DNA of 64,000 nt, taken from positions 147,437-211,436 of the forward strand of contig CAZTEU010000001.1 in NCBI GenBank assembly GCA_964612105.1. The letters are read 5' to 3'. The position numbers and the translations under genes are program-made. The number at the start of each line of letters is the position of its first letter. The stretch's first letter is position 1. A model generated the notes under the pieces. The model was not told where the DNA came from. It ran no database searches and was given only the letters and a program-made list of their open reading frames with translations. Shown in pieces: positions 54,856 to 63,490 of the stretch. This DNA is from an uncultured Gammaproteobacteria bacterium. Its GTDB lineage: Bacteria > Patescibacteriota > Patescibacteriia > Magasanikbacterales > UBA922.

Positions 54856-56697
54856 TCAGATGCAGACCTGGGTAGGCCTTCCAATGGTCTTGTAGAAAAA
54901 CCACTCGATCCCGAATGCACAACCCTTGCCGTTCTTGTAGTCACAGCTCTGATCCTTGGGGTCGCTGTTGTCGCACTCAACACAGAACTTCTGGTTTTTC
55001 TTCTCGGCTGCCCAGTAGACAGTAGCACACTGCTCACCGAACTTTGACCCCTTGCAGTCCTTGTCGGCTCCACAGCAACCAAAGTCCTCATGGTGACATT
55101 TGCCGTTGAGATCACAGTAGTCCGCGGTGCAGACCTTGCCATCAGAGCAGTCCTTGTTGACCTTGCACAGCTTACATCCAGCGATTGGTTTGTATTGACA
55201 CCCATTCGTCTTGTTGCAGGAGTCTGTTGTGCACAGATCCCCGTCATCGCATGACAATTCCTTGCCTGTACAGATACTTCCCTTGCACTTGTCGTTGAGG
55301 GTGCAGACGTTCATGTCTGTGCAAATTGCACCATCGTCCATCGGGATGAAGGTGCACTTGCCGGTCTTCTGGTCACAGGAGTCCTTGGTGCAAGGGTTCT
55401 TGTCCACACACTCCACTCCCATGCCAAGACACTTGCCGTCCTTGCATCCATCGCTGGTCGTGCAAGAATCGTTGTCGTTGCAGTCGATACCATTCTGGGA
55501 TGGTGTGAAGGCACAATCTCCAGTCTTGGAGTCGCAGAAATCCTTGGTGCATGGATTGTTGTCTTCACACACCTTTGTGGTTTTCGTGATGCAGACCCCA
55601 CTGATGCACTTTTCCACAGTGCAGACGTCGCTTTCCTTGCACTTCTTCATCTCTGTGATCTTGCAACCCTTGCTTGTGCAGACCATCTTCTCGATGCACG
55701 ACTGAGCGTCGACTTTGCACTGATCGTGGTCTGGGCTGTGAGCACACTTCCCTGTTCCAAGAACGCACGAGTCGATGGTGCATGCGATTCCATCCTTGCA
55801 GTCGACAGACTCGTTCTTGCACTTGCTGTTGGCTGTGCAGGTGTCGGTGGTGCAGAGGTTCTTGTCATCACAATCACCTGACTTGGTGCACTCGCAAACG
55901 TTGATGCCTTTGGTGCACGTGTTCTTGATGCACTGATGATTGACTGTGCAAGAATCCTCGTCATCGCACTCGACGTCTGTAGAGCAACAGTCCTCGATCT
56001 CCTCGTGTATGCACTCTTTCAAGGTTTCCAAATCGCAGGAGTCTGCAGTACAAGGTTTGCCGTCGTCGCAGGACTTTTGGTTCACAGTGAACACACACTT
56101 CCCGCTCTCGAAGACGCATAGATCGTCTGTGCAATCAACCCCGTCGTCGCAAATGACATTGTCCGTGTTCACACAAAGACTGTCCTGACATACGTCGACG
56201 GTGCAGAGATTCTCATCCAAATCACACACATTGCCAATCGACTTGTACACGCAACCCTTGCCTGGATCGCATGAATCGTCCGTGCAGACATTGTCGTCGT
56301 TGCAAACCTTCCACGAATCCATGTCTCCGACACACTTCCCGCTTTCGAGATCGCACTTGGAAATCTCGGTGCAGGAGTTGTTATCATCACAGGTCGCGGT
56401 GTTTGGCATATGCACACAGCCGACATCTTCTTCGCAGACATCTTTGGTGCAAATCTTGCCGTCGTCGCATTTGTCGGGGACGTAGTCGCACTTGTTGTTG
56501 CTGTTGCATTTGCCAATCCAGCAACTCTTGATGCAATCATCCTTCGTCTCACAGAAACCAGGAGGAAGTTGTGTATCCTCAGAGCCCTGATCTGCAAAGG
56601 TAGCAGCGTCAGCCGGCCCTTTGACCGAATCTTCGCTACATGAAATTGAGAGGAAAATCACCACGAACATCGTGATGATGAGGTCCCGGTTCATCAT
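54856..56697 (-). CDS. cysteine-rich repeat lipoprotein (GC-rich class)
   Basis: Signal peptide and lipobox FLSISC; many C-x-D-x-x-x-C-T-x-D-x-C repeats; SD AAGGAG 5 nt before ATG 56697. Confidence 0.88.
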   Translation of the reverse strand: MMNRDLIITMFVVIFLSISCSEDSVKGPADAATFADQGSEDTQLPPGFCETKDDCIKSCWIGKCNSNNKCDYVPDKCDDGKICTKDVCEEDVGCVHMPNTATCDDNNSCTEISKCDLESGKCVGDMDSWKVCNDDNVCTDDSCDPGKGCVYKSIGNVCDLDENLCTVDVCQDSLCVNTDNVICDDGVDCTDDLCVFESGKCVFTVNQKSCDDGKPCTADSCDLETLKECIHEEIEDCCSTDVECDDEDSCTVNHQCIKNTCTKGINVCECTKSGDCDDKNLCTTDTCTANSKCKNESVDCKDGIACTIDSCVLGTGKCAHSPDHDQCKVDAQSCIEKMVCTSKGCKITEMKKCKESDVCTVEKCISGVCITKTTKVCEDNNPCTKDFCDSKTGDCAFTPSQNGIDCNDNDSCTTSDGCKDGKCLGMGVECVDKNPCTKDSCDQKTGKCTFIPMDDGAICTDMNVCTLNDKCKGSICTGKELSCDDGDLCTTDSCNKTNGCQYKPIAGCKLCKVNKDCSDGKVCTADYCDLNGKCHHEDFGCCGADKDCKGSKFGEQCATVYWAAEKKNQKFCVECDNSDPKDQSCDYKNGKGCAFGIEWFFYKTIGRPTQVCI

Positions 56698-56881
56698 CTC
56701 AGCTCCTTCTTGACTGCACTTGGCAGTACTGTTGCGCACACGAATACAAATGGTCAGCTTGAGCTAACACACACAATATCCATAAGATACTCTGTGAGCT
56801 AGCCCAAAGCATAGTATAAAAAGAACGCTGTTGTTCCTATTATAGGAAAACAGCTAAAATTAGCAAAATTTTGTTATCTTG

Positions 56882-57694
56882 TCAAGCTGATGTCCTATTT
56901 TCTACTATGTTGAGCCAAATACTGCTGAGTTCTGTAATTATATCTTGAGAATTATAAAAATCTCCATTTCTTTTGCTCATTTTCTCACCAGCTAACCCGT
57001 TAAGATACGCACCAGCAAGAGTGGCTATGATAATATCATTACTGCACAATAATCCAGATATTAATCCCACCAAAACATCACCTGTACCACCCTTTGTCAT
57101 TCCCACATGACCTGACCTATTTTCCCATATTTCTTTACCATTACTTATATAATCTATCTGTCCGGTTAACAGTACAACACCACCGAACTCCTTAGCTGCT
57201 CTTTTTACCTCATCTGGTGTTGGTTCTACACCAAAAGCATGACTAAACTCACGTGTGTGTGGAGTTACAACACAATTTTCATGGAGGAGTTCTTTGTTTA
57301 CATGCCACAGCGCTGTGGCATCCACAACAATTTTCTTATGCTTATAATTAATCAATATATTTGTTGTTAACTCATATGTACTTTCTGACTCCTCCATTCC
57401 GGGACCAATTGCAATTGCATCTACAAGTTCTATTGTTTCTTCTAATTCATTGTCCTTTATTGTAATAAAAGTTGATGTTTCACTCTTTAGTTTGTTTATT
57501 AGATCTACATTATTGTTTGTGGTGTACACATAAACAATATCTACAATTCTTGAGGCTGTTTGCACTGCCAGTAAAAGTGCTCCATGATATTTTTCTGATC
57601 CTGCAATAATAAGTAAACGCCCATTCTGACCTTTGTGTGAGTTGGGCGTTTTTTTATTTAATGAACCTAAAATTGTCCTTTCTACAACATTCAT
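56882..57694 (-). CDS. nnrD: ADP-dependent NAD(P)H-hydrate dehydratase
   Basis: SHKGQNGRLLIIAGS, AIGPGM, VVDATA, VTPHTREF, KGGTGDVLVG. Confidence 0.92.
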   Translation of the reverse strand: MNVVERTILGSLNKKTPNSHKGQNGRLLIIAGSEKYHGALLLAVQTASRIVDIVYVYTTNNNVDLINKLKSETSTFITIKDNELEETIELVDAIAIGPGMEESESTYELTTNILINYKHKKIVVDATALWHVNKELLHENCVVTPHTREFSHAFGVEPTPDEVKRAAKEFGGVVLLTGQIDYISNGKEIWENRSGHVGMTKGGTGDVLVGLISGLLCSNDIIIATLAGAYLNGLAGEKMSKRNGDFYNSQDIITELSSIWLNIVENRTSA

Positions 57695-57696
57695 AA

Positions 57697-59496
57697 TTAG
57701 CCATCAAAACTAATTACTTCGTCTGGGTTTATTGATTTTGGTTTTGGTTCTACTTTATCTACAATAGGTTCTTGTTTTTTTGATGTATTTTGAGTGTTCT
57801 GTTGGTTATGTTGAGGAGCGCCACCATTTTGCTTGTTCTTTTTTTTACGTTTTCTTTTTCTTTTACGTTTTTTATTTTCATTGGATGGCTTATTATCACT
57901 ATCTATATTATCTTTCTTAACTTCTACTTTAACGTCCTCTTTTTTTGGGAGTAAATCATTTAATGAGAGGGAGTCTGGTTTTTCCTCTTTCTTTATCTCT
58001 TCTTTTTTCTCAACAACCTCCTCTTTCTTTTCTGGCTTAGGTGTGTCTTTTTTCTTTTCAAACTCTTTTGGAAACTCTTTTGCTGGTACAGGTTTATTTT
58101 TTGGTGTTTCATTCTTACCCTCTTTGTTCTTTGTGGTGTCTATATTATCTGATTCTTCACCATCACCCTCTTCTCCCAATCCACTCCAGCGTAATATCTT
58201 ATCCTCAATCATTTCTCGAGGTTTTGAATATCTTTCGCGGGACACCTTTACTACTCTTTCGCTACTTCCAGTAGGAGAACCAATTGGAGGTAGCGTGGAG
58301 GATGTAAACGGCTGGGAAGATACTCCATCTATCATTAGTTTTAATATAATCTCAAATTTTGCAAGATTAACAATATCTTCTTCTATAAATGTTGGACTAA
58401 ACTCTTTGACCAAAGCTTCTGCATCTGCACCACCAACACGGAAAGAAATAATTGTACCAACATTACCAAAAACCGCATCTGCAACAATTTCATCTAACTG
58501 CGCAATATATTGGTGAGCCATAACAAGACTCAATCGATACTTTCTAGCCTCAGAAAGAATGTTTGCAAAAGATGGAGTTGCAAAGTTCTGAAACTCATCA
58601 ACAAAGAGAACAAAATCTCTGCGATCCTTCTCCGGTGTATCTACACGCTCCATTGCTGCAAGTTGAATCTTTGTAATTAACATTCCACCCAAAAGTCTAC
58701 TATTATCCTCTCCAATCCTACCTTTTGAGAGGTTCATAATGATTATCTTGCCTGTATCCATTGCGTCGCGAATTTCTACAGTAGATTTTACCTGAGCAAC
58801 CATATTACGAATAACATTTGCAGAAAGAAATTGACCAATCTTATTCTGAATAGGTGCAACAGCTTCTTGTTGATATCTGTCATTATAATTAGCAAACTCA
58901 TTTTGCCAGAAGGATTTAATAACCGGATCTTTGAGTCCACGCACAATTTTCTTTCTATATTTCTTATCTCCAAGCATCCTGTTAATTCCAAGAAGTGTTG
59001 TGCCTGGATTATCTAAAAGAGCAAGTAAGGTGTTATTTAATATGTATTCCATCCTAGAACTCCACACATCTGGCCATATCTTCTTGAATATACCCATCAG
59101 TCCAGCTACAACCAAATGCTTCTGGTCCTCGTTTTCTACTTCTAATATGTTAAAACCAATAGGATTTCCAACATCTGATGGATTTATGTATATAACATCA
59201 TTAATTCTATACGATGGAATGTAGTCAATAATTTTCTCTGCAAAATCTCCATGTGGATCCACTACACCAACTCCATGTCCGGCATATATATCATGGAGAA
59301 CCATATTTTCTAACAAAGTGGTTTTTCCCATACCTGTCTTCCCCACCACATACATATGTCTGCGCCTATCGTCTAGTTTAATACCAAAACGACGCATTTG
59401 ATTGCGAAAGTTTGTTTGGGCAAAAAGACAAATCTGCTCATCCTCTTTGGACTCATCTTTTCCTGTACTTAGGTGGTGAGTTGGCATATATGGCAT
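57697..59496 (-). CDS. VirD4/TraG/HerA-like ATPase (CPR type) with low-complexity C-terminal tail
   Basis: DRRRHMYVVGKTGMGKT, VDPHGD, FVDEFQNF, ILSEARKYRL, AHQY. Confidence 0.85.
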   Translation of the reverse strand: MPYMPTHHLSTGKDESKEDEQICLFAQTNFRNQMRRFGIKLDDRRRHMYVVGKTGMGKTTLLENMVLHDIYAGHGVGVVDPHGDFAEKIIDYIPSYRINDVIYINPSDVGNPIGFNILEVENEDQKHLVVAGLMGIFKKIWPDVWSSRMEYILNNTLLALLDNPGTTLLGINRMLGDKKYRKKIVRGLKDPVIKSFWQNEFANYNDRYQQEAVAPIQNKIGQFLSANVIRNMVAQVKSTVEIRDAMDTGKIIIMNLSKGRIGEDNSRLLGGMLITKIQLAAMERVDTPEKDRRDFVLFVDEFQNFATPSFANILSEARKYRLSLVMAHQYIAQLDEIVADAVFGNVGTIISFRVGGADAEALVKEFSPTFIEEDIVNLAKFEIILKLMIDGVSSQPFTSSTLPPIGSPTGSSERVVKVSRERYSKPREMIEDKILRWSGLGEEGDGEESDNIDTTKNKEGKNETPKNKPVPAKEFPKEFEKKKDTPKPEKKEEVVEKKEEIKKEEKPDSLSLNDLLPKKEDVKVEVKKDNIDSDNKPSNENKKRKRKRKRKKKNKQNGGAPQHNQQNTQNTSKKQEPIVDKVEPKPKSINPDEVISFDG

Positions 59497-59554
59497 TATA
59501 ACAAAAAAAAGACCTCTATGCGAGGTCTTTTCTGTGGTTAATCTCTTATTGGTT

Positions 59555-60265
59555 TTATAGGAATTGTTTAATTACTGCCTCTACATTTGCATAAGGTTGT
59601 GCACCACTTACTGGTATCATTTCCCCATCAGGACTAATAACTACAGAATATGGTGTACCTTGCGCACCTGCTCCAGCACCATCTTGCTCATCTGCCTGCA
59701 CATCTGATGCATACTTTTGCTCCGAAACACATTTGTTAAACTTGTCTAAATCTTTTACCCCAGCTCTCTTTGCCAACTCTGCAGTGTCTGCTAAACCACT
59801 TTCAAAGTTAACATCCATATATTCCCAGAATTTACCTTGCTCACCCGCACATTCAGATGCAATAGCCTTTGTTCTTGCATTTGGATGTAGCCCATCAAGT
59901 GGAAAGTGTCTGTATATCCAACGAACATCATCACCATAGTTTTTTACTATCTCGTTCATTGTGTCATGGAATTTCTGACAGAACGGACAATCCATATCGG
60001 AAAACTCAACTATCGTCACTTTTGCTTTCTCATTTCCTCTAATATGATCTTTTTTCTTGTCCACTTCTGCTACCGTAACATCTACTGGAGCAGAAGGCTC
60101 ATTAGGATTTACTGTTGGCGATGGGACATTTGGTACCACAGCAACATCTTTTTTGTCATCGTCGCTTAGAACGATGCCAAGTAGTATAAAAAAACCTATT
60201 GTACAAAGGACGAGAACTCCCCCAACCGCTCCTAGTCCAAAAGCTTGTTTTTGTGAAACAGCCAT
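59555..60265 (-). CDS. membrane-anchored DsbA-family oxidoreductase
   Basis: EFSDMDCPFC, YRHFPL, GTP cis-Pro motif, GAQPY. Confidence 0.9.
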   Translation of the reverse strand: MAVSQKQAFGLGAVGGVLVLCTIGFFILLGIVLSDDDKKDVAVVPNVPSPTVNPNEPSAPVDVTVAEVDKKKDHIRGNEKAKVTIVEFSDMDCPFCQKFHDTMNEIVKNYGDDVRWIYRHFPLDGLHPNARTKAIASECAGEQGKFWEYMDVNFESGLADTAELAKRAGVKDLDKFNKCVSEQKYASDVQADEQDGAGAGAQGTPYSVVISPDGEMIPVSGAQPYANVEAVIKQFL

Positions 60266-60355
60266 ACTGTATTTGTTTATGAATAAAGAGGTTCTCTGAT
60301 TGTATCAAACAGGCAAAATAGATGCAAATATTACTTGTATATATGTATAATCTAA

Positions 60356-61642
60356 TTATTTATTTAATATTTCTCTCGTCTCTCTCTTGTAACTCTCTAC
60401 ATTTGGCTGGTTGAAAGTGTCTACATTTAAGAGTCTTCCGAGATACATCATTTCTATCATCTTAAACTGCATAAACTCCCCTACTGACCTTTCATTTATA
60501 TCATCTAGTACAACTTCCATAAAAGGAAGTCTTTTTTTACGATAAGCAATTTTTGTTCCTTCTAGAATTGCTTGTAAGATGTCTTTCGCACCTTTTCCAG
60601 AAACCATTCTTACTAATTCTGGAAATATTCGCTTTTTTGGTAATACTACTTTTTCTTTTACGCTTTTGCTGTAAATAAAAGTAGTAATTTTATCTTTTGG
60701 ACCACCTAGATACAATTGTCCTACAGAGTGCAGATCTGTAGACCCAACAGATACGGTTGGGGTCAGTCCGGAGTTAACTTTTTTTCCCTTCAAGTTTTTT
60801 TCTTTTCCAACACTTTCTCCCATAAGTTGCCTATACCACTTACCTAATGATTCTAATTCTGAGTTAAAAACAAAATTATCATTTATGACCCTTCCTTTTT
60901 TGTTTTGTGTATATAATATGACTGAGGATAACATTGCTGGATTCTTTTTTACATTATTCTGAGTGCACAGTGAACGCACTCTTCTTGCTCCATCAAGAAT
61001 CTTGTCTATATTTATTCCGGAAGCTAATAGGGGGAAGAGCCCAACAGAAGAAAGTACAGAATATCTACCTCCTACCAGTTTTGGAATAGTCAGTGTACTT
61101 ATTTTTTTCTTTCTTGCTGATATCCAGTATTTGGACGCTTCATCTGTAATAACAACTAGTCGGTCTTCTGAGTTCTTGAACTTTAGCATGTTCATTACAA
61201 TTTCCGTGTTTGCTATTGTCTCTGCTGTTCCCCCTGATTTGGATATTGAACACACTAATATTTCATCCTTGTGTTTTATTTCCTTTTTAATAAAATTCCT
61301 GAGGTTTATTAATTTTGAAGTGCTTGTTGTATCAATAAATATTATTTCTGGCCTTTTTTTAGACACACGCAATGCATCATACACAGCTTTTGTTCCAAGA
61401 TTGGAACCACCGATACCAATCACAATAATATACTTAAGTTTTTTTGAAACCTTATCTTTGACAAGCTTCTTCACCTCTGACACAGCTTTTTTATCAAAAG
61501 GGCAGTTTATAGAGGACTCATTATCCTCATAATTGTTCTTCTTGGAAACTTCTTGCAAAAGTTTTGTATAATCTTTTAATTTCTTCCCTATAGACAAAAT
61601 TTGCTTTTGTGAAATCAAACTATCTTTGTATAAAAACTTCAT
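60356..61642 (-). CDS. pgi: glucose-6-phosphate isomerase
   Basis: IGIGGSNLG, SKSGGTAET, VGGRYSVLS, QLMGESVGK, DLHSVGQ, FNQPNVESYK. Confidence 0.93.
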   Translation of the reverse strand: MKFLYKDSLISQKQILSIGKKLKDYTKLLQEVSKKNNYEDNESSINCPFDKKAVSEVKKLVKDKVSKKLKYIIVIGIGGSNLGTKAVYDALRVSKKRPEIIFIDTTSTSKLINLRNFIKKEIKHKDEILVCSISKSGGTAETIANTEIVMNMLKFKNSEDRLVVITDEASKYWISARKKKISTLTIPKLVGGRYSVLSSVGLFPLLASGINIDKILDGARRVRSLCTQNNVKKNPAMLSSVILYTQNKKGRVINDNFVFNSELESLGKWYRQLMGESVGKEKNLKGKKVNSGLTPTVSVGSTDLHSVGQLYLGGPKDKITTFIYSKSVKEKVVLPKKRIFPELVRMVSGKGAKDILQAILEGTKIAYRKKRLPFMEVVLDDINERSVGEFMQFKMIEMMYLGRLLNVDTFNQPNVESYKRETREILNK

Positions 61643-61818
61643 ATTATTTTAAAAGATTATTCAAAAAAATTATAGTCCTTAAACTATCCAGTCTCATAAA
61701 CAAAATTATTTAATACCAAGGAATTATATCACACAAAAAGATATTCACAAAAACTAGTATTGACGTATTGCTGTGGCTGTATTATGCTAGTTAAACGTCT
61801 AAATATTAATAAATTACT

Positions 61819-62415
61819 ATGTCTTTTTACAAAGAAAAGGAGGATGAAAGAAAACCAATTGTTGGGTCGTCTTTACCAGACACAAGCATGGAGATCTTTC
61901 ATGAGAACAACATTAAGAAAATAAAGCTGTCAGATTATCGTGGCAAATGGCTTGTGCTTTTTTTCTACCCTGCAGATTTCACATTTATTTGTCCCACTGA
62001 GCTAGAGGAAATGGCGGAATTGTATCCAATGTTTCAAGAGCTCAATGCAGAAATTGTGAGTGTAAGTACAGATACAGCTTTTGTACACAAAGCTTGGCAT
62101 GATAATTCTCTGGCAATTGGAAAGGTTAGGTTTCCAATGGGAGCAGACCCAACTGGAAAATTATGCAAAAGACTTGGTACATATATAGAAGATGAGGGAT
62201 TATCACTTCGTGGTAGTTTTATTGTAGACCCAGATGGAATTATTAGAGCATTCGAACTCCACGATAATAGTATAGGAAGAAGTTGTAGGGAACTATTGAG
62301 AAAATTACAAGCTGCTCAGTACGTAGCAAGTCATAATGGACAAGTGTGTCCAGCAAAATGGCAACCAGGTGATCAAACACTTAGACCCGGTGTAGATCTT
62401 ATTGGAAAAATATAA
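61819..62415 (+). CDS. ahpC: 2-Cys peroxiredoxin
   Basis: FFYPADFTFICPTE, VCPAKW; upstream promoter TTGACG-17-TATGCT. Confidence 0.95.
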   Translation: MSFYKEKEDERKPIVGSSLPDTSMEIFHENNIKKIKLSDYRGKWLVLFFYPADFTFICPTELEEMAELYPMFQELNAEIVSVSTDTAFVHKAWHDNSLAIGKVRFPMGADPTGKLCKRLGTYIEDEGLSLRGSFIVDPDGIIRAFELHDNSIGRSCRELLRKLQAAQYVASHNGQVCPAKWQPGDQTLRPGVDLIGKI

Positions 62416-62444
62416 AAAAATTAATAAATAAAACAAAAACAAAT

Positions 62445-63032
62445 ATGTTTGAACTACCACAACTTCCATATGCAAAAGACTCAATGGAATCTTTTATGAG
62501 TCCAGAGACTTTTGACTTTCATCACGGAAAGCATCATGCTGGATACGTTACAAAACTAAATAATGCAATAGAAGGAACAGAATTTGCAGAACTATCGTTA
62601 GAGGAGATAATAATTAAGTCTAGTACAGACGGAAACACTGGTTTGTTTAACAATTCTGCCCAACACTACAACCACAGCTTTTTCTGGGAATGCTTTTCAC
62701 CGGACAGTGGAGGTGATCCTTCTGGAAATATTGCAGAGAAAATAAAGGAGAGCTTTGGAGATTTTAATAGTTTCAAAGAATTATTTAGCAAAACATCAGC
62801 TGGATTATTTGGATCTGGGTGGGTATGGCTAGTCCTAGGAGAGGATAAGAAGCTTGAAATCCTAGACTTATCAAATGCAGGCACTCCAATTACTACTGGC
62901 AAGAAACCCCTCCTAACTATAGATGTATGGGAACATGCATATTATATAGACCATAGAAATGCCCGGGCTACATATATAGAAAAATTTTGGGATTTTGTAG
63001 ATTGGGGAAAAGTGGATAGCTTATTACAGTAA
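62445..63032 (+). CDS. sodB: Fe/Mn superoxide dismutase (probably Fe)
   Basis: HHGKHHAGY, FNNSAQHYNHSFFW, FGSGW, DVWEHAYY. Confidence 0.9.
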   Translation: MFELPQLPYAKDSMESFMSPETFDFHHGKHHAGYVTKLNNAIEGTEFAELSLEEIIIKSSTDGNTGLFNNSAQHYNHSFFWECFSPDSGGDPSGNIAEKIKESFGDFNSFKELFSKTSAGLFGSGWVWLVLGEDKKLEILDLSNAGTPITTGKKPLLTIDVWEHAYYIDHRNARATYIEKFWDFVDWGKVDSLLQ

Positions 63033-63036
63033 TCTA

Positions 63037-63065
63037 TTGACATTGATTTGTTATGTTTGTATACT
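63037..63065 (+). promoter_or_regulatory. sigma70-type promoter
   Basis: TTGACA-17 nt-TATACT. Confidence 0.7.
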
Positions 63066-63182
63066 CTCCCCAGAACTTTTGTTATTTTCCTTGTTAGAAC
63101 GATTTAAATGTGCACAATTTAATAGTTTTTTTGACAGAAAATATATCGGTTCGTTAAAATTCATAAGTTAGACAAAATAGTT

Positions 63183-63443
63183 ATGTCAAAAAAATTATTT
63201 GTTGGAAACCTTGACTGGGGTGTAAAGGGAGAAGACCTACAAGGTCTATTCTCAGAGCACGGAGCAGTTGAGGAATCAGTTGTTATCGAAGATCGTGCAA
63301 CTGGTCGTTCCAAAGGATTCGGTTTCGTCACCATGACAAATGATGATGAAGCTGACAAAGCAGTAGAGGCTCTTAACGGACAAGATTTCAAAGGAAGAGA
63401 TCTTACAGTAAACGAAGCAAGACCTCCAAAACCTCGTTACTAA
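63183..63443 (+). CDS. RRM-domain RNA-binding protein
   Basis: KLFVGNL (RNP2), KGFGFV (RNP1), LTVNEARP. Confidence 0.95.
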   Translation: MSKKLFVGNLDWGVKGEDLQGLFSEHGAVEESVVIEDRATGRSKGFGFVTMTNDDEADKAVEALNGQDFKGRDLTVNEARPPKPRY

Positions 63444-63490
63444 ACGAATAAAAAAATAGAGCGTGTGCAGCTCTATTTTTTATTTATATT

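Noticed and set aside
54856-56697. CRISPR-like or DNA tandem array
   Set aside because: The repeats are degenerate, in frame and protein-level; there are no identical repeats with spacers and no cas genes.
4060-56697. GC-rich segments as prophage, IS, integron cassettes or assembly chimera
   Set aside because: No integrase, transposase, terminal repeats or attC-type ends were seen, and each segment joins cleanly to native-style promoters with intact neighbouring genes. Read mapping would exclude chimerism formally.
57697-58180. Low-complexity K/E/N-rich tail as a frameshift or pseudogene
   Set aside because: The frame is open to a stop 2 nt before the nnrD start, consistent with a disordered tail.
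61837-61846. AAGGAGGATG near the ahpC start as an SD
   Set aside because: It lies within the coding frame (KEKEDE); the adjacent ATG is out of frame and closes after about 25 codons.
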